Source: Planctomycetota bacterium
GTDB taxonomy: Bacteria; Planctomycetota; UBA11346
Direction of reading: 5' to 3'
Length of the DNA: 64,000 nt
Assembly (NCBI GenBank): GCA_038231435.1
Contig: JBBRLJ010000002.1
Location: 1 to 64,000, forward strand
Numbering within the stretch: position 1 is the stretch's first letter; each line of letters begins with the position of its first letter. The notes under the pieces were generated by a model, which saw nothing but the letters and a program-made list of their open reading frames with translations, made no database searches and was not told the origin of the DNA. Below, one piece after another: positions 1 through 9,297 of this stretch. The position numbers were made by a program, and so were the translations under genes.

Positions 1-143
1 CACTCGGGTGGGAACACATAAACCTAACTGGCGACTATGTTTGGCGTCAAAATCGCCATCATTCCGATGGTCAGTTCCGCCCACTCCACAAGGCAGGAAA
101 ACCTTAGCGTGCGTTTTTCTCCGAATTCTGCGTCCTCCCCTCG

Positions 144-1166
144 TTGGCCGCGGTCGCGCGTTCGGCCGGGGTGAGCCCGACCGCGGTGTCGCTGGTGCTC
201 AGCGGCCGCGCCGGCGACTACCGGCTCAGCGACCGCACCAGCGCCCGCGTGTTGGCAGCGGTCGCTTCCCTCGGCTACGTGCGGCCCGCGCGCCGACGCG
301 GACCACCCCGCCTGCATGTGCTCCATCTCGAGGACATCCTGCGCATGGATACGCGTGGCCTCGGCGGCGCGGTCCTCTATCCGCTGCTCGATGCGCTGAG
401 TGCCCGCGGCTGGGCGACCTCGGTCGATCCGCGCATGCCCGACGATGCGGAAGCAGCCGGGCCGGCGCTGTTCAGCGCCACCGCGATGCTGCTACCGGTG
501 AATCGGGGATTCGAGGCCCGCTCGCGCGCGCTTGCCGAGGCCGCGGCGGTGCGTGGCGTGCAGCCAGTGATCGTGGCGCGCCATCTCGACGACCTCGACG
601 CCATCCAGATCGATGGCGATCAGCGCCGCGGCGGCGCGCTCGCCGCAGCGCATCTGCTCGGTCTCGGCCATCGCCGCATCGCCGTGCTGGGCGGCTCGCT
701 CGGCGAGCAGCATACCGAGGAGCGCCTGGCCGGCTGGTACGGCGCCATGGCGGCGGCCGGCCTGCATCAGGACCCGAGCGACTTCTGGGGCTACGGCGAC
801 TACAATACCGGGCCGGCGCACCATGTAGTGAGCGAGCGGCTCGCCGCGGGGATGCGCCCCACCGCGATCTTCTGCTGCAACGATCCCATGGCCGTGGGCG
901 CGCTGCTCGCCCTGCGCGAAGCCGGCCTGCGCGTGCCGCAAGACGTGTCGTTGGTGGGCTTCGACGACCAGCCAGATCTCACCGCGATCGCTCCAGGGAT
1001 CACCTCGATCCGCATCGACACCGCCGGCATCGGTGAGCGCGTCGCGGACATGCTCGTCGCCGGCGCGCCGGTGCGATCCGAGCGCATCCTGTGCGCGGCG
1101 CGTCTCGTGGTGCGTGGCTCGTCAACCGTCGCGCCGCGCCCCCTCCCTGCTTCACGCGTCCCATGA
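144..1166 (+). CDS. LacI-family transcriptional regulator
   Basis: N-terminal HTH LAAVARSAGVSPTAVSLVL; C-terminal sugar-binding-fold motifs TAIFCCNDPMAVG and VPQDVSLVGFDD; TTG start, in-frame stop at 105-107. Confidence 0.92.
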   Translation: MAAVARSAGVSPTAVSLVLSGRAGDYRLSDRTSARVLAAVASLGYVRPARRRGPPRLHVLHLEDILRMDTRGLGGAVLYPLLDALSARGWATSVDPRMPDDAEAAGPALFSATAMLLPVNRGFEARSRALAEAAAVRGVQPVIVARHLDDLDAIQIDGDQRRGGALAAAHLLGLGHRRIAVLGGSLGEQHTEERLAGWYGAMAAAGLHQDPSDFWGYGDYNTGPAHHVVSERLAAGMRPTAIFCCNDPMAVGALLALREAGLRVPQDVSLVGFDDQPDLTAIAPGITSIRIDTAGIGERVADMLVAGAPVRSERILCAARLVVRGSSTVAPRPLPASRVP

Positions 1167-1194
1167 CACCGCCGCCGATCCTTCCGGAGATCCG

Positions 1195-3360
1195 ATGACC
1201 CATCACGCCGCTTCCAGATCCTCCCTACGCGTCGCGCGCGCGTGCGGCGTCGCCTGGATCCTAGCAGCGATGACGGGGCTCGCGGCCGCGGCCGATGGCT
1301 CCGCCCCGGCCAAGAGCGCCAAGGCTCCCGATGCCTCGGGCAAGCTGCTCGACCTCGGAGCAGGCTTCGACCTGAAGACGGTCGAGACGCACGCGACTGG
1401 AGTCGAGCACGGCGGCACGCCGGACGCGCCAGCGCTCGTGATCAGGACCTCGGACAAGACCCGCTGGCCCGGAGTCACCATTCCAGCTCCTGGCGGCGCC
1501 TGGGATCTGTCGGCATACGAGTGCATCGCCCTCGACGTGCGCAACGTCGACAAGCACGACATCGACGTCTTCGTACGCGTCGACAATCCCGGAGCCGATG
1601 GCGGCAGCCACTGCATGACCGAGCGCATCGGCACTCAGCCCGACCAGCGCGTCACCTTGACCATGCCGATCAAACGCGGCTCGAAGAGCACGTTCAAGCT
1701 GGTCGGCATGAACGGATTCCCGCAAGGACTCTACGCCAGCGGCGGCATCGAACCCGGAAACATCGTCGCACTCACCATATTCGTCGACGTCCCCGGCGAT
1801 CATCGCTTCGAGGTGTCCAACATCCGCGCCTTCGGAAAATATCAGGAGCCGACGTGGATGCACATGGGCGAGAAGGAGTTCTTCCCGTTCATCGACGCCT
1901 TCGGGCAGTTCAAGCACAAGGAGTGGCCCGGGAAGGTGCATGCGCCCGAGGACTTGAAGGCGCGTCGCGACGAGGAGGCCACGCAGCTCGCGACAGTCCC
2001 GGCCCCGAAGGAGTGGGATTCCTGGGGCGGCTGGGCGAACGGCCCGAAGCTGAAGGCGACCGGCCACTTCCGCACCCAGAAGCACCAGGGCAAGTGGTGG
2101 CTGGTCGATCCCGACGGAGCACTGTTCTTCAGCACCGGCATCACCTGCGTCGGCACTGCGTCGGCGGTCACCGCGATCGACGAACGCGAGTCGTACTTCG
2201 AGTCGCTGCCCACGGGCAAGGACGATCCGCTTGCACGCTTCCTCTTCGACGGCGGCAAGAGCTGGGGCGGGGGCTTCTACGCCGGCAAATCGCCGAAGAT
2301 GTTCAACTTCACCGCCGCGAACCTCCAGCGCAAATACGGCGCCGATTGGGAGAAGACCTATCCGGAACTCGTGCACAAGCGTCTGCGCTCATGGGGGCTC
2401 AATACCATCGGCAACTGGTCCGATGGCGGCATCTGCGCGATGCACCGCACCCCCTACACCGCCACCTTCTGGTACGAGTGCCCGCGCATGAAGGACAACG
2501 CCGTCGGCTTTCCCGACGTCTTCGATCCGGCCTTCGGGCCATCGATCGACAAGGGGCTCGCGCAGTTCGTCGCCAGCACTTTCGAGGATCCCTGGTGTAT
2601 CGGCTATTTCCTCGACAACGAGATGCCGTGGGGCGGCGAGGATTCGCTCGCCAGGTACGCGCTCGCCTCACCCGCCAAGCAGGCGGCGAAGCAGAAGCTC
2701 GGCACCTGGCTGCGCGAGCGACACGCTACGATCGCGGATCTGAACACCGCGTGGGGCTCGAGCTGGGATTCGTGGGAGGCGTTCGCCGCCGATGCCGCCG
2801 GGAATCCGACGACCACCACCGCCAAGCAGGATCTGATCGACTTCACCGGACTCGCCGCGGAGACCTATTTCCGCACCGCGCGGGAGGCGATGCGGAAGCG
2901 CGCTCCGCAGAAGCTCTATCTGGGCTGCCGCTGCGTCGGCGGATCAGCCAATGTGGTGGCCCCGGCGGTGACGTACTGCGATGTCATCAGCTACAACCGC
3001 TACTGCGCCTCCGTCCGCGACATCCGCCTACCGGATGGCCTCGATGCGCCGGTGATGATCGGCGAATTCCATTTCGGCGGCCTCGATCGCGGGCCGTTCT
3101 GGGCGGGGCTCTTTTCGGCCGAGAATCAGGAGGACCGCGGCCGCAAGCTCACCGCCTACCTCAAAAGCGCGCTCGACAATCCGCAGATCGTCGGGGCGCA
3201 CTGGTTCCAATACGGCGATGAGGCCGCAACCGGACGCATCGACGGGGAGAACGCGCAGATCGGCTTCGTCGACATCTGCGACACGCCCTATGCCGAAACT
3301 ATCACGGCAGCCCAGGCCAGCGCCGCCACCATGTACCGCTATCGCCTGGATGCCCACTGA
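1195..3360 (+). CDS. Secreted GH50 beta-agarase-like glycoside hydrolase with N-terminal CBM-like domain
   Basis: Signal peptide; GH50 motifs GKWWLVDPDGALFFSTG, GYFLDNE, MIGEFHFG, GAHWFQY, GENAQIGFVDICDTPY; GGAG before ATG 1195. Substrate not determinable. Confidence 0.88.
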   Translation: MTHHAASRSSLRVARACGVAWILAAMTGLAAAADGSAPAKSAKAPDASGKLLDLGAGFDLKTVETHATGVEHGGTPDAPALVIRTSDKTRWPGVTIPAPGGAWDLSAYECIALDVRNVDKHDIDVFVRVDNPGADGGSHCMTERIGTQPDQRVTLTMPIKRGSKSTFKLVGMNGFPQGLYASGGIEPGNIVALTIFVDVPGDHRFEVSNIRAFGKYQEPTWMHMGEKEFFPFIDAFGQFKHKEWPGKVHAPEDLKARRDEEATQLATVPAPKEWDSWGGWANGPKLKATGHFRTQKHQGKWWLVDPDGALFFSTGITCVGTASAVTAIDERESYFESLPTGKDDPLARFLFDGGKSWGGGFYAGKSPKMFNFTAANLQRKYGADWEKTYPELVHKRLRSWGLNTIGNWSDGGICAMHRTPYTATFWYECPRMKDNAVGFPDVFDPAFGPSIDKGLAQFVASTFEDPWCIGYFLDNEMPWGGEDSLARYALASPAKQAAKQKLGTWLRERHATIADLNTAWGSSWDSWEAFAADAAGNPTTTTAKQDLIDFTGLAAETYFRTAREAMRKRAPQKLYLGCRCVGGSANVVAPAVTYCDVISYNRYCASVRDIRLPDGLDAPVMIGEFHFGGLDRGPFWAGLFSAENQEDRGRKLTAYLKSALDNPQIVGAHWFQYGDEAATGRIDGENAQIGFVDICDTPYAETITAAQASAATMYRYRLDAH

Positions 3361-3467
3361 CGCGCTGGGACTCGCTGGGACGGAAGACACGGTCGACGAC
3401 ATCCAGGCACGCGCCACGCTGATCGCCACCTACGACGGCATGCGCCTGGATCCCTTCGCCAGCCTGA

Positions 3468-4097
3468 TCAGTCGGCGACGGCGCTGGTCTCGTCCGGCCT
3501 AGACCTTTCGGCAATCGCGTGATCGTCGTAGAGAACGCGCAAGCATGCACGGAGGTCGCCGCGATGCCGCGCGAACAGCGCTTCGCAGCGCTCCGACGAT
3601 CGCTCCGCCGTCTCCGCGTCGACCAGCTCCGCGACCAGTTCGCGCAGCAGGCCAGGGCTGGTGCGGTGCTCGAGCAGCAGCGGCAGGCGTCCGGGCGCAT
3701 GACTGGTCGCCAGCACGCCACCAGCACTATCCGCCGCTCGCAGCACCCGCCGCCAGCTCCACCAGCCGAGGCGATCGATGCCGTCTATACTGAGCACATC
3801 GCGCGGCGACGCATCCGCGGTCAGCGCCACCAGCGCGCTCCGGTCGATCGCACGATCCGCCGCGAGCACCAGCGACCGCACCCGCCAGCCGCGCGCGACC
3901 AGCAGCCGCTCGAGCGCCTCGCGCAGCGTGGTCTTGCCGCTGCCGTGCGGACCGACGAGCAAACCGCGCCGCCCGAGCGCCTCGAAGCGCGCCAGCAGCG
4001 GCTCGGCCGCGGCATCGCCCAGGCGAACGCCATCGCGGAACGGCAGCGCCTCGATGCGCTCGCTGCGGAATGGATTGAGCCTGGCGAGCACGATCAC
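3468..4097 (-). CDS. P-loop (AAA+-like) ATP-binding protein
   Basis: N-terminal NPF motif, Walker A GPHGSGKTT, Walker B-like VLSIDG, C-terminal HRGDLR; GTGA overlap with the upstream gene's stop. Confidence 0.78.
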   Translation of the reverse strand: MIVLARLNPFRSERIEALPFRDGVRLGDAAAEPLLARFEALGRRGLLVGPHGSGKTTLREALERLLVARGWRVRSLVLAADRAIDRSALVALTADASPRDVLSIDGIDRLGWWSWRRVLRAADSAGGVLATSHAPGRLPLLLEHRTSPGLLRELVAELVDAETAERSSERCEALFARHRGDLRACLRVLYDDHAIAERSRPDETSAVAD

Positions 4098-4474
4098 CCG
4101 GCGGCGGGCTCGCCGAGCACGATCTCGCGCTGGCCTGGCCCGATCACCAGCTCGGATCGCGGGGCGACGACCGCGGGGTCCGACACCAGTTCGAGCGCCC
4201 ACGAGATCGACACCAGCGTGCCCGAGCAGCTGTGCGGCTGGTTCGGGGCGACGAAACGGTAGCGCCGCGTCTCGACCGCTCCCGGCTCGTCGAATTGGAG
4301 ACGCGCGGCGATGCCGACATCGCGCGTGCCCTTGCCACTGGTGTACCAGAACAGCCGCAGCTCGACACGACGCGGTGGCTGCTCGAACGACCACGAGACC
4401 GTGCCGGTGATCTCGTCGCCGGGAGCGTAGGCGTTGGCCTGGTGGTCTGTGCTGATCCCGTGCGTGTCGCTCAT
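4094..4474 (-). CDS. Small hypothetical protein, arrestin-N/Spo0M-like beta-sandwich
   Basis: YAPGDEITGTV...VELRLFW...PHSCSGTLVSISWAL pattern; ATGA/GTGA coupling with both neighbours. Confidence 0.7.
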   Translation of the reverse strand: MSDTHGISTDHQANAYAPGDEITGTVSWSFEQPPRRVELRLFWYTSGKGTRDVGIAARLQFDEPGAVETRRYRFVAPNQPHSCSGTLVSISWALELVSDPAVVAPRSELVIGPGQREIVLGEPAAG

Positions 4475-5787
4475 CCGGCCACCTCTTTCGCGCCAGTGGC
4501 GAGAGGCCCGCCTGCGGCGAGTGGCACGCCCGCGGTTATCGACGCGCCCGTGGTTATCGGTGAAGGCAGGACGGTGATGGCGTAATCATCGCTGATGTCC
4601 GGCCAGCGCGGGATCTCGCCGCGCACCGCCAACCGCCAGACGATCCGGTTGTTCGACGACGCGAAGGAGTGCATGACGGCCTCCGGGATGCGCACGTCGG
4701 CCTGGCCGAGCGCCATGTCGCCCGCATCGCCGAGCGTTGCGATCGGGATACGCGCGAAGACGTGGCGATCGGTGCTGCTCGAGGTGCCGCGCTTGGAGGT
4801 CGCCTCCTCGACGCCTTCGAGGATGATATCGAGCTTGCGGATGCGGTCGGACGCGCCCGCACACTTCCAGGCCAGGCGGAAGCTCTCGCCACGATGGAAG
4901 GCGCGGCGGTCTACGCGCAGGCGCACGCGCGGATTGGCGAAGGCGAGCGCCGCATGGATCACGGCGATGACTAGACCGATGCCCACCAGGCCGAACACTG
5001 ACAGGAACAGACCGGCAACCCAATCGGATCCGCCCAGACTCATGGCGATCAGCGCCACGATCCAGTTCCAGAAGATTGCGAACACGGTGATGATGACCAG
5101 CTTCGCGCCACGGGTGCTGACTGGCCGTAGCTCCACCGGGCCATCCACCGAAGCCCCCGTTCCTGCATCAGCGGTCAGCCCGACGCCCGAGCGGCCCTCG
5201 TCCGAGATCGCGACCGTGCCGGCGCGCAGCGCCGCAGCGCGCCGGCCACTGGCGATGCCAATGACCATGAACATCACGCCGAAGGCGGGGAAGAGCAGGG
5301 TGATGGCTCCGAGCCACATCGCCGGGGTCATGCCCTTCTCGATCACCGCCTGGTCGGGATGGCGCGGGTCCACCCAGCACGAGACGGGCTTTCCCTCGGT
5401 CAGGCCCGCGACGATGCGCTGCTTCGACTCCATGCCCGAGGAGTACGTCCCCTCGGTCATGTCGTAGCGCGTGGACTCGTACGGCCTGCCCTGGGTGTCG
5501 ACTTCGGCCCCGGCCGAGAAACGGTATTCGTAGCGCACCTCGACGCGATACGTGCTGCCATCGCTGTCGTGCGATTCGCCGACCTTCGCTTCACGGATGA
5601 CGCACGGCACCTGCACCCAATCGCGCGCGTGCGCGACCCGCCACAGCGGAGCCACGAAGAAGATCACCACGAACAGGCAGCCGAAGAGCGCGAATACGCC
5701 GCCGAAGATGATGAACGCCCAGTAGCCGGACGCGTTCCCGCCGTCCGAAAGCGCCGTGGCGCCAGAACCGTGACGCCACGCCGCCAT
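4471..5787 (-). CDS. DUF3592-domain membrane protein with C-terminal arrestin-like domain
   Basis: TM helix, then WVQVPCVI..., YRVEVRYEY, VSCWVDPRHPDQAVIE (DUF3592 pattern), further TM helices; GGAGG before ATG 5787. Confidence 0.8.
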   Translation of the reverse strand: MAAWRHGSGATALSDGGNASGYWAFIIFGGVFALFGCLFVVIFFVAPLWRVAHARDWVQVPCVIREAKVGESHDSDGSTYRVEVRYEYRFSAGAEVDTQGRPYESTRYDMTEGTYSSGMESKQRIVAGLTEGKPVSCWVDPRHPDQAVIEKGMTPAMWLGAITLLFPAFGVMFMVIGIASGRRAAALRAGTVAISDEGRSGVGLTADAGTGASVDGPVELRPVSTRGAKLVIITVFAIFWNWIVALIAMSLGGSDWVAGLFLSVFGLVGIGLVIAVIHAALAFANPRVRLRVDRRAFHRGESFRLAWKCAGASDRIRKLDIILEGVEEATSKRGTSSSTDRHVFARIPIATLGDAGDMALGQADVRIPEAVMHSFASSNNRIVWRLAVRGEIPRWPDISDDYAITVLPSPITTGASITAGVPLAAGGPLATGAKEVAG

Positions 5788-5911
5788 GTGCCCCCTCCGC
5801 GGGAACGGTAGCCTCACCCTGCCTGGATGTCTAATGGCGTCAGCCGGCGGAGCGCTTGGCGGCGGACCAGGCGCCGCTGGCGGGCGTGGGACGGCGGGTG
5901 AGGATCCCGCC

Positions 5912-6454
5912 ATGGCCTGGCATGTGGAGTCCCGTCGCCTCTCCACGCTCGACCGCGTCGAGATGGAGCGTTTCGCAGCGTTGGCCGCATCGATCTGGTC
6001 CCCCGGCGAGCCTCCGGATGTCGACAAGCTCCTGGCCGAGGCGGCCACGCCGGACTCGGAGCTCAGGTCCGACGAGCAGGCGCACATGATCCGCGCTGGC
6101 GAGCGCGTCATCGCCGCGGCGCGCAGCTTCCGACGGATCGTCTCGGTGGCGGGCGACTCCTTTCCGATCCTGGCGCTCGCCGGAGTGTGCGCCGACGAGC
6201 GCTGGCGCGGCCAGGGCCTGGGCGCCGCAGTGGTGCGCGGCGCTTGGGCCCGGCTGGACGGACCGATGGCGGTGAGCCTGTTCCAGACCGCGGTCCCGGA
6301 CTTCTACCGCAAGCTCGGAGCCCGCTGCCTCAGCGTCGCGATCGTGCGCTCGGGCCACGCCGCACGTCCATTCTGGGATCCGTTCGCGATGATCTTCCCC
6401 GCCGAGGCCGCGTGGCCGGAGGGCCCGGTCGATATCCGCGGCCCGGGCTGGTAG
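5912..6454 (+). CDS. GNAT-family N-acetyltransferase
   Basis: Motif A LAGVCADERWRGQGLG and FYRKLG. Confidence 0.85.
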   Translation: MAWHVESRRLSTLDRVEMERFAALAASIWSPGEPPDVDKLLAEAATPDSELRSDEQAHMIRAGERVIAAARSFRRIVSVAGDSFPILALAGVCADERWRGQGLGAAVVRGAWARLDGPMAVSLFQTAVPDFYRKLGARCLSVAIVRSGHAARPFWDPFAMIFPAEAAWPEGPVDIRGPGW

Positions 6455-6466
6455 AGGCCGCGCCCA

Positions 6467-7948
6467 CTACGGCGCATCGCCACCGTAGCGTTCGAGGTAG
6501 GCGTCCATGTCGAGCTTGCGACGCGCGCTATCAGACGACATGTAGCGCACCGTGCCGAAACCGGGTCGTGCCGGGGGCCACGGATGATCATAGCGGCCGA
6601 AGATCCAGGTGATGCCCGAGATGGAATTGGGATCGCGTCCATCCACCGCGAAGCGATCGTTCAGCTCGAGGATGCGCGCAAGGGCCGCGCGAGGCGATGG
6701 AGACCATGCGAGGATGTGCTTTCCCCAGAGCATGCGCAGGTAGCCATGGATGCGCCCGTCACGCGTCAATTCGCGCTGGGCGGCGTTCCAGATCGGGTCG
6801 TCGGTGCGTGCCTCGCTCAGCCGCCGCAGCGAATAGCCGCGGGCGGCGGGCGAGCGTGGATGGTTCGCGAGCGTCGCACGCGCCCAGGCCGGCAAGGTCG
6901 CGTAGCGCTGCGCGTCTGGCTGATGGAAGCAGCGGTTGAATCCCAGCTCGCGCCAGGTGACCAGTTGATCCATGAACGCCTCGGCCGCCGGAGGCATTCC
7001 CCACCAGCCCTGCTTGCGCCCGTTCGCGCTGGCGCCCAGCCGGTCGAGCGACCAGCCCTCGCGCGCAAACACCGCGCGCGCGACCTGATGTGGCGATAGG
7101 TGTCCGAAGTGCAGATACGGCGAGAGCCGGCTGAGCGCGGGATGATCGAGATCACGGCCCGCTTCTGCGTAGCGCGGCAGATCGTCGGCGATGAAATCGC
7201 GCAGCCTCGACGCCGCCGCCACTGCGCCGCCGGCATGGTCGACGGGGGCCACTGCGTGATCGATCGGCAGGCGCGCGAGGCCATCCGGCGCGAGCAGGGC
7301 TTCGAGATCGGCTTCCGGCCAGCGCCGCGTCAGCGCGAGCGGTGGCCGCCACTTGTCCGGCAGGCTGGCCCCCGCGAGCGGATCGGCAGCCGGAAACGCG
7401 AGGAGGTGTTCCGGCAGCGCGCGCTGCAGATGTCGGCGGAAATCCACGGCGCGCTCGAACATCCGCGGCGCCGCGCGCATTGGTAGCAGACCATTGCCGT
7501 CTACCGCCTCGCATCGCACCCTCATACGCGCGAGCAACGCGGCCGCTGCTCCAACCATGCGTGGCAGGAAGAAGCACGGCCACTCGTCGGTGACCACCAG
7601 GCATGCCTCGCGCGCAAGCGCTTCGAGGAGGCCCGAGCCATCGCCGGGTCGCGGCTCGACATACGGCAGATGACAGACCCGGGTTCGCGCGAATGCCACG
7701 CGGTTGTCGGCCATGCCCTCGATCACGAAGCGGTGCAGGCGGTCGCTCGCGTACGGATATGCGCAGCGCAGCGCCTCGAGGACCACCAGAGGTTTGCCGA
7801 GCCGGCGGCTCCAATCGACCGCGTGTTCGAGAGCGAAATTCGAACGCCTTCGTCGCTGCGCGATCATCCAGTAGAGGACCATCCCGCCTGCGGTGCGCAC
7901 CGGAACCTCGGCGAAGACATGGAGTCGCGATGGTGGGCACCCCGGCAT
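6467..7948 (-). CDS. phr: Deoxyribodipyrimidine photolyase (class II CPD-type)
   Basis: VLYWM, NFALEHA, SRLSPYLHFG, WNAAQREL, IHGYLRMLWGK, DGRDPN motifs. Confidence 0.9.
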   Translation of the reverse strand: MPGCPPSRLHVFAEVPVRTAGGMVLYWMIAQRRRRSNFALEHAVDWSRRLGKPLVVLEALRCAYPYASDRLHRFVIEGMADNRVAFARTRVCHLPYVEPRPGDGSGLLEALAREACLVVTDEWPCFFLPRMVGAAAALLARMRVRCEAVDGNGLLPMRAAPRMFERAVDFRRHLQRALPEHLLAFPAADPLAGASLPDKWRPPLALTRRWPEADLEALLAPDGLARLPIDHAVAPVDHAGGAVAAASRLRDFIADDLPRYAEAGRDLDHPALSRLSPYLHFGHLSPHQVARAVFAREGWSLDRLGASANGRKQGWWGMPPAAEAFMDQLVTWRELGFNRCFHQPDAQRYATLPAWARATLANHPRSPAARGYSLRRLSEARTDDPIWNAAQRELTRDGRIHGYLRMLWGKHILAWSPSPRAALARILELNDRFAVDGRDPNSISGITWIFGRYDHPWPPARPGFGTVRYMSSDSARRKLDMDAYLERYGGDAP

Positions 7949-8136
7949 GACCGCACCTTCGTCAGCCGGACCGCCGCGGAAGCGTGGGTCGCTGGATGAA
8001 CTCTGTGTCGAAGGATCGCCCTCAAATCCACAGGCCCGCGTCAGCACCGGGCCGGGCTCAGCATCGGATCCATCGGCGACCGGGGAGTCTGCACGGCTAT
8101 GCGCAACTTCCGGGTGGTCGGGACACTCGCCGAGAT

Positions 8137-9297
8137 ATGCTCACCGATATGCCCCGGCCCCTGCCGCTTCTTTCCTCGTCCAAATCGCGACCGCGACCAT
8201 ATGCGCGCGCCGAGCGCATCATCCGCAGGCTCACCACCGAGCCCGCGCTCGGCGATGATCTCGCGGCGCTCGCCGCCTCGGAAGGCTTGAGCGCGTACCA
8301 TGCCCAGCGCTCGTTCCGTCGTTGGACGGGTCTGAGCCCCAAGCAGTTCGCATCGTTCCTGCGCGTATGCCGCGCGCAGGGCCTGCTGCGGGCGGCGCGC
8401 AGCGTGCTCGATGTCGCGCTCGACGTGGGCCTGAGCGGGCCCGGTCGTTTGCACGACCACTTCATCACCATCGCGGCGATGACGCCTGGCCAGTTCAAGA
8501 GCGGCGGCGAGGGGCTCGCCATCCGCCACGGCATCGGCGCCACGCCTCTCGGCGACGCGGCGATCGCGTGGACGAGCCATGGCATCTGCCGCCTGAGTTT
8601 CGTCGACCGGCTCGAAGCCGACGACACCCTCGCGTCACTGCGCGCGGAATGGCCGCGCGCCGAGCTCGCCTTGGACATCACGGGTGCGCGACGCCTATTG
8701 GCCACGATCTTCTCCCCTGCTCGCCGTGACCCGCGTGCAGCGCCCGAGCGCCAGGCTCCGCTCGCGCTGCTGGTGAACGGCTCCCGCTTCCAGCTGGCGG
8801 TGTGGCGGGCGCTGCTCGACATCCCCGAGGGGACGATCGCCAGCTACTCGCAACTTGCCGCGCGGGCCGGCGCGCCCGCGGCCTGCCGCGCGGTAGGCAC
8901 CGCCGTCGGCCAGAACCGCATCGCCTACCTGATCCCCTGCCACCGGGTCATCCGCGCCACCGGCGCCCTCGGCGGATACCGCTGGGGCCTCGAGCGCAAG
9001 GCGGCGCTACTGGCGGCCGAGGCGAAGATCGGCGTCCCCATCACGGCCGCGACCGACACTGGCCGAGGCCTACTTGCCGACGCGGGAAGCGGCAAGCGGG
9101 CAGGCGGGCAGGCGGGCAGGCGGACAAATTATCGACAGATAGCGACAGATGCAGCGACCGATGAAGCGACTGATAAAGCGAGAGGACTCGACGAGCGAGG
9201 CGCGTCGCCGCGCACCACCGAGCTCGACAGTCGCGGCAGGAACCATGGATCGGCGTCGAAACGGTTGGTCGGCGTGCCGTGCGCCACATCCTCGTAA
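8137..9297 (+). CDS. Ada-like bifunctional AraC HTH / methylated-DNA-protein-cysteine methyltransferase
   Basis: AraC HTH (FRRWTGLSPKQF), GLSGPGRLHD, IPCHRV active site, GGYRWG; no N-terminal Zn domain; low-complexity C-terminal extension overlaps the convergent gene. Confidence 0.88.
   Translation: MLTDMPRPLPLLSSSKSRPRPYARAERIIRRLTTEPALGDDLAALAASEGLSAYHAQRSFRRWTGLSPKQFASFLRVCRAQGLLRAARSVLDVALDVGLSGPGRLHDHFITIAAMTPGQFKSGGEGLAIRHGIGATPLGDAAIAWTSHGICRLSFVDRLEADDTLASLRAEWPRAELALDITGARRLLATIFSPARRDPRAAPERQAPLALLVNGSRFQLAVWRALLDIPEGTIASYSQLAARAGAPAACRAVGTAVGQNRIAYLIPCHRVIRATGALGGYRWGLERKAALLAAEAKIGVPITAATDTGRGLLADAGSGKRAGGQAGRRTNYRQIATDAATDEATDKARGLDERGASPRTTELDSRGRNHGSASKRLVGVPCATSS

Noticed and set aside
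1..19. Possible start of a minus-strand gene leaving the window (MCSHPS...)
   Set aside because: Only six codons are visible, so it cannot be assessed
1242..3221. Long alternative-frame ORFs (e.g. 1242-3221, 22385-24043, 33235-34251)
   Set aside because: Arg/Pro/Ala-rich shadow ORFs typical of high-GC DNA, overlapping genes with clear motifs
3350..3502. 50-aa ORF after the GH50 gene
   Set aside because: No motif, and it overlaps both neighbouring genes; insufficient support
6467..9297. Divergent photolyase and Ada-like genes as a novel repair system
   Set aside because: Both are well-known families; adjacency alone is not evidence of a new system
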